A stretch of 64,000 nucleotides of DNA from assembly GCA_046563655.1 (NCBI GenBank), contig CM102287.1, positions 10,540,001 to 10,604,000 on the forward strand, written 5' to 3'. A program made the translations under genes and the position numbers. Below are positions 51,201 to 63,416 of the stretch, piece by piece (within the stretch, counting starts at the first letter, position 1; every line of letters starts with the position of its first letter). The stretch comes from Yuukianura sp. NJ FZ-2021. Lineage: Eukaryota. Under the pieces are notes generated by a model that was not told the DNA's origin, searched no databases, and saw only the letters and a program-made list of their open reading frames with translations.

Positions 51201-54200
51201 CTCGAGATCGGCAGGTTAGGCTTCAAATTCAACAAAAACCCTCGAGATCGGCAGGTTAGGCTTCAAATTCAACAAAAACCCTCGAGATCGGCAGGTTAGG
51301 CTTCAAATTCAACAAAAACCCTCGAGATCGGCAGGTTAGGCTTCAAATTCAACAAAAACCCTCGAGATCGGCAGGTTGGAAGCTTCAAATTCAACAAAAA
51401 CCCTCGAGATCGGCAGGTTAGGCTTCAAATTCAACAAAAACCCTCGAGATCGGCAGGTTAGGCTTCAAATTCAACAAAAACCCTCGAGATCGGCAGGTTA
51501 GGCTTCAAATTCAACAAAAACCCTCGAGATCGGCAGGTTGGGCTTCAAATTCAACAAAAACCCTCGAGATCGGCAGGTTAGGCTTCAAATTCAACAAAAA
51601 CCCTCGAGATCGGCAGGTTAGGCTTCAAATTCAACAAAAACCCTCGAGATCGGCAGGTTAGGCTTCAAATTCAACAAAAACCCTCGAGATCGGCAGGTTA
51701 GGCTTCAAATTCAACAAAAACCCTCGAGATCGGCAGGTTAGGCTTCAAATTCAACAAAAACCCTCGAGATCGGCAGGTTGGGCTTCAAATTCAACAAAAA
51801 CCCTCGAGATCGGCAGGTTAGGCTTCAAATTCAACAAAAACCCTCGAGATCGGCAGGTTAGGCTTCAAATTCAACAAAAACCCTCGAGATCGGCAGGTTA
51901 GGCTTCAAATTCAACAAAAACCCTCGAGATCGGCAGGTTAGGCTTCAAATTCAACAAAAACCCTCGAGATCGGCAGGTTAGGCTTCAAATTCAACAAAAA
52001 CCCTCGAGATCGGCAGGTTAGGCTTCAAATTCAACAAAAACCCTCGAGATCGGCAGGTTAGGCTTCAAATTCAACAAAAACCCTCGAGATCGGCAGGTTA
52101 GGCTTCAAATTCAACAAAAACCCTCGAGATCGGCAGGTTGAGGCTTCAAATTCAACAAAAACCCTCGAGATCGGCAGGTTAGGCTTCAAATTCAACAAAA
52201 ACCCTCGAGATCGGCAGGTTAGGCTTCAAATTCAACAAAAACCCTCGAGATCGGCAGGTTAGGCTTCAAATTCAACAAAAACCCTCGAGATCGGCAGGTT
52301 AGGCTTCAAATTCAACAAAAACCCTCGAGATCGGCAGGTTAGGCTTCAAATTCAACAAAAACCCTCGAGATCGGCAGGTTAGGCTTCAAATTCAACAAAA
52401 ACCCTCGAGATCGGCAGGTTAGGCTTCAAATTCAACAAAAACCCTCGAGATCGGCAGGTTAGAGCTTCAAATTCAACAAAAACCCTCGAGATCGGCAGGT
52501 TAGGCTTCAAATTCAACAAAAACCCTCGAGATCGGCAGGTTAGGCTTCAAATTCAACAAAAACCCTCGAGATCGGCAGGTTAGGCTTCAAATTCAACAAA
52601 AACCCTCGAGATCGGCAGGTTAGGCTTCAAATTCAACAAAAACCCTCGAGATCGGCAGGTTAGGCTTCAAATTCAACAAAAACCCTCGAGATCGGCAGGT
52701 TGAGGCTTCAAATTCAACAAAAACCCTCGAGATCGGCAGGTTGAGGCTTCAAATTCAACAAAAACCCTCGAGATCGGCAGGTTAGGCTTCAAATTCAACA
52801 AAAACCCTCGAGATCGGCAGGTTAGGCTTCAAATTCAACAAAAACCCTCGAGATCGGCAGGTTAGGCTTCAAATTCAACAAAAACCCTCGAGATCGGCAG
52901 GTTAGGCTTCAAATTCAACAAAAACCCTCGAGATCGGCAGGTTAGGCTTCAAATTCAACAAAAACCCTCGAGATCGGCAGGTTAGGCTTCAAATTCAACA
53001 AAAACCCTCGAGATCGGCAGGTTAGGCTTCAAATTCAACAAAAACCCTCGAGATCGGCAGGTTAGGCTTCAAATTCAACAAAAACCCTCGAGATCGGCAG
53101 GTTAGGCTTCAAATTCAACAAAAACCCTCGAGATCGGCAGGTTAGGCTTCAAATTCAACAAAAACCCTCGAGATCGGCAGGTTAGGCTTCAAATTCAACA
53201 AAAACCCTCGAGATCGGCAGGTTAGGCTTCAAATTCAACAAAAACCCTCGAGATCGGCAGGTTAGGCTTCAAATTCAACAAAAACCCTCGAGATCGGCAG
53301 GTTAGGCTTCAAATTCAACAAAAACCCTCGAGATCGGCAGGTTAGGCTTCAAATTCAACAAAAACCCTCGAGATCGGCAGGTTAGGCTTCAAATTCAACA
53401 AAAACCCTCGAGATCGGCAGGTTAGGCTTCAAATTCAACAAAAACCCTCGAGATCGGCAGGTTAGGCTTCAAATTCAACAAAAACCCTCGAGATCGGCAG
53501 GTTAGGCTTCAAATTCAACAAAAACCCTCGAGATCGGCAGGTTAGGCTTCAAATTCAACAAAAACCCTCGAGATCGGCAGGTTAGGCTTCAAATTCAACA
53601 AAAACCCTCGAGATCGGCAGGTTAGGCTTCAAATTCAACAAAAACCCTCGAGATCGGCAGGTTAGGCTTCAAATTCAACAAAAACCCTCGAGATCGGCAG
53701 GTTAGGCTTCAAATTCAACAAAAACCCTCGAGATCGGCAGGTTAGGCTTCAAATTCAACAAAAACCCTCGAGATCGGCAGGTTAGGCTTCAAATTCAACA
53801 AAAACCCTCGAGATCGGCAGGTTAGGCTTCAAATTCAACAAAAACCCTCGAGATCGGCAGGTTAGGCTTCAAATTCAACAAAAACCCTCGAGATCGGCAG
53901 GTTAGGCTTCAAATTCAACAAAAACCCTCGAGATCGGCAGGTTAGGCTTCAAATTCAACAAAAACCCTCGAGATCGGCAGGTTAGGCTTCAAATTCAACA
54001 AAAACCCTCGAGATCGGCAGGTTAGGCTTCAAATTCAACAAAAACCCTCGAGATCGGCAGGTTAGGCTTCAAATTCAACAAAAACCCTCGAGATCGGCAG
54101 GTTAGGCTTCAAATTCAACAAAAACCCTCGAGATCGGCAGGTTAGGCTTCAAATTCAACAAAAACCCTCGAGATCGGCAGGTTAGGCTTCAAATTCAACA

Positions 54201-57200
54201 AAAACCCTCGAGATCGGCAGGTTAGGCTTCAAATTCAACAAAAACCCTCGAGATCGGCAGGTTAGGCTTCAAATTCAACAAAAACCCTCGAGATCGGCAG
54301 GTTAGGCTTCAAATTCAACAAAAACCCTCGAGATCGGCAGGTTAGAGCTTCAAATTCAACAAAAACCCTCGAGATCGGCAGGTTAGGCTTCAAATTCAAC
54401 AAAAACCCTCGAGATCGGCAGGTTAGGCTTCAAATTCAACAAAAACCCTCGAGATCGGCAGGTTAGGCTTCAAATTCAACAAAAACCCTCGAGATCGGCA
54501 GGTTAGGCTTCAAATTCAACAAAAACCCTCGAGATCGGCAGGTTAGGCTTCAAATTCAACAAAAACCCTCGAGATCGGCAGGTTAGGCTTCAAATTCAAC
54601 AAAAACCCTCGAGATCGGCAGGTTAGGCTTCAAATTCAACAAAAACCCTCGAGATCGGCAGGTTAGGCTTCAAATTCAACAAAAACCCTCGAGATCGGCA
54701 GGTTAGGCTTCAAATTCAACAAAAACCCTCGAGATCGGCAGGTTAGGCTTCAAATTCAACAAAAACCCTCGAGATCGGCAGGTTAGGCTTCAAATTCAAC
54801 AAAAACCCTCGAGATCGGCAGGTTAGGCTTCAAATTCAACAAAAACCCTCGAGATCGGCAGGTTAGGCTTCAAATTCAACAAAAACCCTCGAGATCGGCA
54901 GGTTAGGCTTCAAATTCAACAAAAACCCTCGAGATCGGCAGGTTAGGCTTCAAATTCAACAAAAACCCTCGAGATCGGCAGGTTAGGCTTCAAATTCAAC
55001 AAAAACCCTCGAGATCGGCAGGTTAGGCTTCAAATTCAACAAAAACCCTCGAGATCGGCAGGTTAGGCTTCAAATTCAACAAAAACCCTCGAGATCGGCA
55101 GGTTAGGCTTCAAATTCAACAAAAACCCTCGAGATCGGCAGGTTAGGCTTCAAATTCAACAAAAACCCTCGAGATCGGCAGGTTAGGCTTCAAATTCAAC
55201 AAAAACCCTCGAGATCGGCAGGTTAGGCTTCAAATTCAACAAAAACCCTCGAGATCGGCAGGTTAGGCTTCAAATTCAACAAAAACCCTCGAGATCGGCA
55301 GGTTAGGCTTCAAATTCAACAAAAACCCTCGAGATCGGCAGGTTAGGCTTCAAATTCAACAAAAACCCTCGAGATCGGCAGGTTAGGCTTCAAATTCAAC
55401 AAAAACCCTCGAGATCGGCAGGTTAGGCTTCAAATTCAACAAAAACCCTCGAGATCGGCAGGTTAGGCTTCAAATTCAACAAAAACCCTCGAGATCGGCA
55501 GGTTAGGCTTCAAATTCAACAAAAACCCTCGAGATCGGCAGGTTAGGCTTCAAATTCAACAAAAACCCTCGAGATCGGCAGGTTAGGCTTCAAATTCAAC
55601 AAAAACCCTCGAGATCGGCAGGTTAGGCTTCAAATTCAACAAAAACCCTCGAGATCGGCAGGTTAGGCTTCAAATTCAACAAAAACCCTCGAGATCGGCA
55701 GGTTAGGCTTCAAATTCAACAAAAACCCTCGAGATCGGCAGGTTAGGCTTCAAATTCAACAAAAACCCTCGAGATCGGCAGGTTAGGCTTCAAATTCAAC
55801 AAAAACCCTCGAGATCGGCAGGTTAGGCTTCAAATTCAACAAAAACCCTCGAGATCGGCAGGTTAGGCTTCAAATTCAACAAAAACCCTCGAGATCGGCA
55901 GGTTAGGCTTCAAATTCAACAAAAACCCTCGAGATCGGCAGGTTAGGCTTCAAATTCAACAAAAACCCTCGAGATCGGCAGGTTAGGCTTCAAATTCAAC
56001 AAAAACCCTCGAGATCGGCAGGTTAGGCTTCAAATTCAACAAAAACCCTCGAGATCGGCAGGTTAGGCTTCAAATTCAACAAAAACCCTCGAGATCGGCA
56101 GGTTAGGCTTCAAATTTAACAAAAACCCTCGAGATCGGCAGGTTAGGCTTCAAATTTAACAAAAACCCTCGAGATCGGCAGGTTAGGCTTCAAATTCAAC
56201 AAAAACCCTCGAGATCGGCAGGTTAGGCTTCAAATTCAACAAAAACCCTCGAGATCGGCAGGTTAGGCTTCAAATTCAACAAAAACCCTCGAGATCGGCA
56301 GGTTAGGCTTCAAATTCAACAAAAACCCTCGAGATCGGCAGGTTAGGCTTCAAATTCAACAAAAACCCTCGAGATCGGCAGGTTAGGCTTCAAATTCAAC
56401 AAAAACCCTCGAGATCGGCAGGTTAGGCTTCAAATTCAACAAAAACCCTCGAGATCGGCAGGTTAGGCTTCAAATTCAACAAAAACCCTCGAGATCGGCA
56501 GGTTAGGCTTCAAATTCAACAAAAACCCTCGAGATCGGCAGGTTAGGCTTCAAATTCAACAAAAACCCTCGAGATCGGCAGGTTAGGCTTCAAATTCAAC
56601 AAAAACCCTCGAGATCGGCAGGTTAGGCTTCAAATTCAACAAAAACCCTCGAGATCGGCAGGTTAGGCTTCAAATTCAACAAAAACCCTCGAGATCGGCA
56701 GGTTAGGCTTCAAATTCAACAAAAACCCTCGAGATCGGCAGGTTGAGGCTTCAAATTCAACAAAAACCCTCGAGATCGGCAGGTTAGGCTTCAAATTCAA
56801 CAAAAACCCTCGAGATCGGCAGGTTAGGCTTCAAATTCAACAAAAACCCTCGAGATCGGCAGGTTAGGCTTCAAATTCAACAAAAACCCTCGAGATCGGC
56901 AGGTTAGGCTTCAAATTCAACAAAAACCCTCGAGATCGGCAGGTTAGGCTTCAAATTCAACAAAAACCCTCGAGATCGGCAGGTTAGGCTTCAAATTCAA
57001 CAAAAACCCTCGAGATCGGCAGGTTAGGCTTCAAATTCAACAAAAACCCTCGAGATCGGCAGGTTAGGCTTCAAATTCAACAAAAACCCTCGAGATCGGC
57101 AGGTTAGGCTTCAAATTCAACAAAAACCCTCGAGATCGGCAGGTTAGGCTTCAAATTCAACAAAAACCCTCGAGATCGGCAGGTTAGGCTTCAAATTCAA

Positions 57201-58848
57201 CAAAAACCCTCGAGATCGGCAGGTTAGGCTTCAAATTCAACAAAAACCCTCGAGATCGGCAGGTTAGGCTTCAAATTCAACAAAAACCCTCGAGATCGGC
57301 AGGTTAGGCTTCAAATTCAACAAAAACCCTCGAGATCGGCAGGTTGGGCTTCAAATTCAACAAAAACCCTCGAGATCGGCAGGTTAGGCTTCAAATTCAA
57401 CAAAAACCCTCGAGATCGGCAGGTTGACTTCAAATTCAACAAAAACCCTCGAGATCGGCAGGTTAGGCTTCAAATTCAACAAAAACCCTCGAGATCGGCA
57501 GGTTAGGCTTCAAATTCAACAAAAACCCTCGAGATCGGCAGGTTAGGCTTCAAATTCAACAAAAACCCTCGAGATCGGCAGGTTAGGCTTCAAATTCAAC
57601 AAAAACCCTCGAGATCGGCAGGTTAGGCTTCAAATTCAACAAAAACCCTCGAGATCGGCAGGTTAGGCTTCAAATTCAACAAAAACCCTCGAGATCGGCA
57701 GGTTAGGCTTCAAATTCAACAAAAACCCTCGAGATCGGCAGGTTAGGCTTCAAATTCAACAAAAACCCTCGAGATCGGCAGGTTAGGCTTCAAATTCAAC
57801 AAAAACCCTCGAGATCGGCAGGTTAGGCTTCAAATTCAACAAAAACCCTCGAGATCGGCAGGTTAGGCTTCAAATTCAACAAAAACCCTCGAGATCGGCA
57901 GGTTAGGCTTCAAATTCAACAAAAACCCTCGAGATCGGCAGGTTAGGCTTCAAATTCAACAAAAACCCTCGAGATCGGCAGGTTAGGCTTCAAATTCAAC
58001 AAAACCCTCGAGATCGGCAGGTTAGGCTTCAAATTCAACAAAAACCCTCGAGATCGGCAGGTTAGGCTTCAAATTCAACAAAAACCCTCGAGATCGGCAG
58101 GTTAGGCTTCAAATTCAACAAAAACCCTCGAGATCGGCAGGTTAGGCTTCAAATTCAACAAAAACCCTCGAGATCGGCAGGTTAGGCTTCAAATTCAACA
58201 AAAACCCTCGAGATCGGCAGGTTAGGCTTCAAATTCAACAAAAACCCTCGAGATCGGCAGGTTAGGCTTCAAATTCAACAAAAACCCTCGAGATCGGCAG
58301 GTTAGGCTTCAAATTCAACAAAAACCCTCGAGATCGGCAGGTTAGGCTTCAAATTCAACAAAAACCCTCGAGATCGGCAGGTTAGGCTTCAAATTCAACA
58401 AAAACCCTCGAGATCGGCAGGTTAGGCTTCAAATTCAACAAAAACCCTCGAGATCGGCAGGTTGAGGCTTCAAATTCAACAAAAACCCTCGAGATCGGCA
58501 GGTTAGGCTTCAAATTCAACAAAAACCCTCGAGATCGGCAGGTTGAGGCTTCAAATTCAACAAAAACCCTCGAGATCGGCAGGTTAGGCTTCAAATTCAA
58601 CAAAAACCCTCGAGATCGGCAGGTTAGGCTTCAAATTCAACAAAAACCCTCGAGATCGGCAGGTTAGGCTTCAAATTCAACAAAAACCCTCGAGATCGGC
58701 AGGTTAGGCTTCAAATTCAACAAAAACCCTCGAGATCGGCAGGTTAGGCTTCAAATTCAACAAAAACCCTCGAGATCGGCAGGTTAGGCTTCAAATTCAA
58801 CAAAAACCCTCGAGATCGGCAGGTTAGGCTTCAAATTCAACAAAAACC
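48251..58848 (+). repeat. 40-bp tandem array (ttcaaattcaacaaaaaccctcgagatcggcaggttaggc), ~265 copies
   Basis: Directly visible; near-identical units, with scattered indels concentrated at 48900-51400. Confidence 0.98.
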
Positions 58849-60825
58849 TTTATAGAGCTTTTGGACATATCTCAAACCCCTGGCAACGAAATTTGTAATG
58901 CAAAATTTTCTGAAATGTCAAACACCAGCAAACTGCTGGCAATGGCCTTTCTAATGCAGAATCTTGAAAACATAATACTGCATCGACATTCTGAAAAAAA
59001 CGTGAACTTGTGAAAAAATTGTACTTTGAAGATTGAGAAAAAAATTACTGTGAGAAAAGAACGAAGGTGGGAGAATAAACTGAACTTTGAAAAAAAGGGA
59101 CTGTGGAAAAAAGATTAATATGGTAAAATATATTGAACTTTGAAAAAAAAAATGAAGGTGTCAGAATAAACTGAACTTTCAAAAAAATGACTGTAGGAAA
59201 AAAATGAAGTTGTGAAAATAAAATGAACTTTGGAAAAAAAATGACGGTGGGGAAAAAATGATTGTGTGAAAATGATGAAGGTGGGGATATCAAATGAACT
59301 TTGAAAAAAAAATGACTGTGGGAAAAAAATGAAGGTGGTGAAAAAATGACGGTGGGAAAATAAATTGAATTTTGAAATAAAAATCAACGTCGGAAGAAAA
59401 TGAAGGTGGGAGAATAAAGTGCAATTTGAAAAAAAATGACTGTGGAAAAAAAAATGAATATGGGAAAATATAATGAACTTTGAAAAAAAAATGACCATTC
59501 GAAAAAATGATGGTGGGGAGAAAATTACGGTGGGAAAATAAATTGAACTTTGAAATAAAAATCAACGTCGGAAGAAAATGAACTATGGAAAAAAAATGAA
59601 TGTGGGAAAACAAAATGAACTTTGAAAGAAAAACGAGTGTGGGAAAATACTGAGCGTGGGAAACTAAAATGAACTCTGAAAAAAAATGAACTTTTAAAAA
59701 CATGACCGTGGGAAAAAGTACTTTGAAAACAATTGAACTTAGAACAAAAAATTAATTTAATTATTAATTTTCTATTTTTTAGCCTCCTTCCCCCCATGCC
59801 CCACCTTCCCCGGGCCCCCCTACCCCCCAAACAAACAACACGGGGGGTAGGAGAGCCCGGAGCATAGCTTTGGCGTCTACAAATACCCACACCGCTGGGT
59901 GGACTCGAACCACCCTCCTGCATAATGCTAAACAGGCGCTCTATACCTGTAAGCTACTATGCCAACACTGAGAGAATAGGAATCAAAACTTGTATTTATG
60001 TTGTGTTTTTTTGCCAAGAAATCATGTTTTTTGCAAAAAAAACTCCAAAATCCACCGATAGGCGAGATTTTGGTGTCAAAATCGATACTATTTTAAATTT
60101 CCGATCTTTTGACACCAAATTCGGCCATCTCCGAAACGTTTTTCCGACGAAAAAAGCGTTTTCTTCACAATAGCGTTAAGACAATAGAGCTAAACGTCAC
60201 CTTAAAATTCTGGAATACGTTATACGGCACAGAACTAATCAATTGCAACTCGAGATAACGTATTCCAGAATTTTAATTTGCATAATTACTGACTAATTAA
60301 GCAAAAACTGAATTTGAGGACAATAGGCGCTAATTAGCTTAATTATGCAAATTAAAATTCTGGAATACGTTATGTGGCAAAGAACTAATCGATTACAAGC
60401 TGTGATAACACAATTCAGGATTTTAAATCGATTACTTTAGCTGTAATCTGCAATCGCAGACATCGCAAGTACTTGCGATTTTGAGTTTGGCACAAAAGTA
60501 AAAATTAAAGCTAATTAAGCACTTTAAAACTCCGGAATACGTTATATGGCAAAGAACTAATCGATTACAAGCTGACATAACACATTTCAGGATTTTAAAT
60601 CGATTACTTAAGGTGAAATCAGCAATCGTAGTTATCGCAAGTAGCTGCGACCATGGTTTTGGTACAATAGTAGAAATTAGGCTAATTACGCACTTTAAAA
60701 CTCCGGAATACGTTATATGGCAAAGAACTAATCGATTACAAGCTGATATAACACAATTCAGGATTTTAAATCGATTACTTTAGGCGTAATCAGCAATCGT
60801 AGATATCGCAAGTACTCGCGATGTC
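58845..60825 (-). repeat. Composite subtelomeric module, right (inverted) copy
   Basis: Reverse complement of 43020-45319 with substitutions, a shorter T-rich repeat block and rearranged 172-bp units. Confidence 0.9.
59886..59963 (-). other. tRNA-Ala(AGC)-derived segment, copy 2
   Basis: GGCATAGTAGCTTACAGGTATAGAGCGCCTGTTTAGCATTATGCAGGAGGGTGGTTCGAGTCCACC on the minus strand; CCTG/CAGG anticodon stem retained around TTAGCAT. Confidence 0.6.
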
Positions 60826-61293
60826 TATTATGACACATTTCAGAGGATTAGCCCTCCACATTCACAAAAAAAGAAGTTGTGGAGGAAGTTTTGTCCACTC
60901 GTCGGTCCGCACCAGGAATTGAGATTCACGTAAATACTGCAGAGGAGTAAGATCCAACTCCTCCAAGGGTAAAATCCAACTCTACTCCCTCTCATATAAA
61001 AGGGAAGTGAAACCAAAATCCACAGCCAATTTACGAGAGGAATAATACAAAGTATAAGTGGTGGGAGCAGTGATCAAGTGGATAAAGGACAGGTTTCGTG
61101 TGGTCAATTTCATGTCCAAAGTCCACGTTAAGGGTAACCCACATTGCTCCTTTGTTGATGAAGAGGGGGACTTTACTTTTGTTGGTTGCAGGGTCACATC
61201 TTACTCATCTTTTCACTTTGGACGTTGAAGTGAACACATTGGTCCTCGGAATCAGTTGGAATTGGACAGCGACAGGCACAAGATCTGCGTCCG

Positions 61294-62829
61294 ATGGAGG
61301 GACTCGACGCATTCCTGACCCACATCCACAACCTCAGAGGTACTAATAAGTCAGTAGTTGTTCATTGGAAGTTGGTCTCAACTTGTAATTGTGTCTTTGT
61401 AGATGTGCGAGTGGACCAGTGGCTCTTCATGTCTTCCCCTCTCCCCACACTTCTCATCTGCTCCACTTACATTCTCATTGTCAAGGATCTCGGACCAAGG
61501 TTCATGCGACATCGTCCACCATATGACCTCAGACAAGTCCTCGTCATCTACAACGCTCTCCAGGTCATCTTCTCAGCATGGCTCTTCTACGAGGTAACTT
61601 TACAAGCGGAACAGGCATTTAGGTCACTTCAGTCCCTGCACAAGGGCTCTAGTCTAAAAATAGAAGAACCCTTAGTCCTGTCCACCGAAAGTGAAAGTCC
61701 AAGGCCACCCCCAATTTTCAATTGAGGTTAGTGAGGTCCTTCTCAACCCAACGAGATGTAGTCATTTTGCAACGATTGACCAATTCCTTCCCTTGGAATT
61801 GAAAGTGTTGATGACCTTGGCCATTTCTCCTCACTTGAATAAGTGACCCTGACTTGGTTCCCAATTGTTACAAGAGACAAAAAGGGGTGCATGATTTTTT
61901 GCAATACTTCCTTTGTAATCACTAAAGGATGGGCAAATGTACCAACGGAATCACTAATCCGTCTTTTGTTGATTTTAGTACGGACGCGGGGGATGGTTCC
62001 ATGGCTACTCGTTTCGATGTCAACCCGTGGACTACTCCAACGACGACATGGCCATCAGGGTTCGTTCCTCCTTTCATGACGCACTCACTCTCGTCTCTAA
62101 ATAAGTGTCTATTTGTAGATGGTCCATGCCTGTTGGTGGTACTACTTTAGCAAGTACACGGAGTTCTTGGACACGGTAATCAAACTAAAATGGAACCAAA
62201 GTGGAATTCCCCAATTAATCCCTCCATTCTTTATAGTTTTTCTTTGTGCTGCGGAAGAAGAAGAGTCAGATCACGACTCTGCACGTCATTCACCATGGGT
62301 TGATGCCAATGAGTGTTTGGTTTGGGGTCAAGTACACGCCTGGGGGCCACTCCACTTTCTTCGGCCTCCTCAACACCTTTGTCCACATCATCATGTACTT
62401 TTACTACATGGTCTCTGCCATGGGACCCCAGTGGCACAAACTCATCTGGTGGAAAAAGTACATGACGTCCATCCAAATGGTAACAACCGCACTCATTCAA
62501 CATTATTCAACAACTGACTGGCTCTCCTTCTCTAGGTCCAGTTTGTGCTCATCGCCACGCATGCCTTCCAGCTCCTCTTCATTTCCTGCGACTATCCGCG
62601 TGCCTTTGTATGGTGGATCGGTTGCCATGGTCTCCTCTTTCTCATCCTCTTCTCCAACTTCTACCGACAGAGTTATCGACGCAGTTGTGGACACAAGAGT
62701 GTCCTAACCACTCACCCCTCACCGTCATCCACCCCCCAACTTACACAACGTCCACTCAAAGAAGGTAGGGAGACCCCCTTCTGGGGATCCACCATTTCAT
62801 CCCCCCTCAAACACCACAAAGAGCATTGA
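61294..62829 (+). CDS. ELOVL: Very-long-chain fatty acid elongase (ELOVL1/7-like), copy 2
   Basis: Same exon structure and peptides as 36549-38087; the differences seen are mostly synonymous or intronic. Confidence 0.92.
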
Positions 62830-63067
62830 CATTAGTCTCACGTAACCTTAAAACCGCCACAACTCCAATCCAACTCATGCATCAATAAAAGGAAAGGGCC
62901 TAGGCGGATTTTGTGGAGTGGACTTGCGTATTCTTATTACTAAAAACGACCACAGTTCGTGGTTCCCACTTCCATTTGTCCCACCCATTAATCCGCTAAA
63001 GAGCCACCAGAAGTATTTGACAGGATATTGGATCATGAGAGGCAAACGAAAGTCAAGTCCTCATCTT

Positions 63068-63150
63068 GGCTGAATAGCTCAATGGTTAGAGCGCTCGCCT
63101 AGTAAAAGGAAGTGAGCGAGAGGTTGGGTGTTCAACTCTCCCTTCAGCCT
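63068..63150 (+). tRNA. tRNA-Thr(AGT) with a 10-nt intron (63105-63114), copy 2
   Basis: Identical to 36221-36303; anticodon AGT at 63101-63103; T-run at 63153-63161. Confidence 0.8.
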
Positions 63151-63416
63151 CATTTTTTTTTGTTTCCGCAATATTCCTCTCTTAACGTATAGAAGCCATT
63201 TCCATACTCTGAATCCTCTCTTTTTTGTCATTTGCGACTGGGATTTAGTAAGGGTATAGAGAAATGTTTTGAGAAACAAGTTGACGAATTTATTGGGTGC
63301 TCACTGGAACTGGTGAGAGGGGTTTAAACTACTGCGTTATTTAGTTGACTCGCGACAAGGAAGAAGAGAAAGGATAGTTGGATGTTGCGGGAAGTAAGGT
63401 AGAGTTGGTGAGTGGA

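Noticed and set aside
48900..51400. Apparent variant-rich zone of the 40-bp array
   Set aside because: Irregular small indels near a contig end look like low-coverage long-read error rather than biology
50137..58603. Repetitive ORFs MLNLKPNLPISRVF...
   Set aside because: Translations of the 40-bp array opened by sporadic indels
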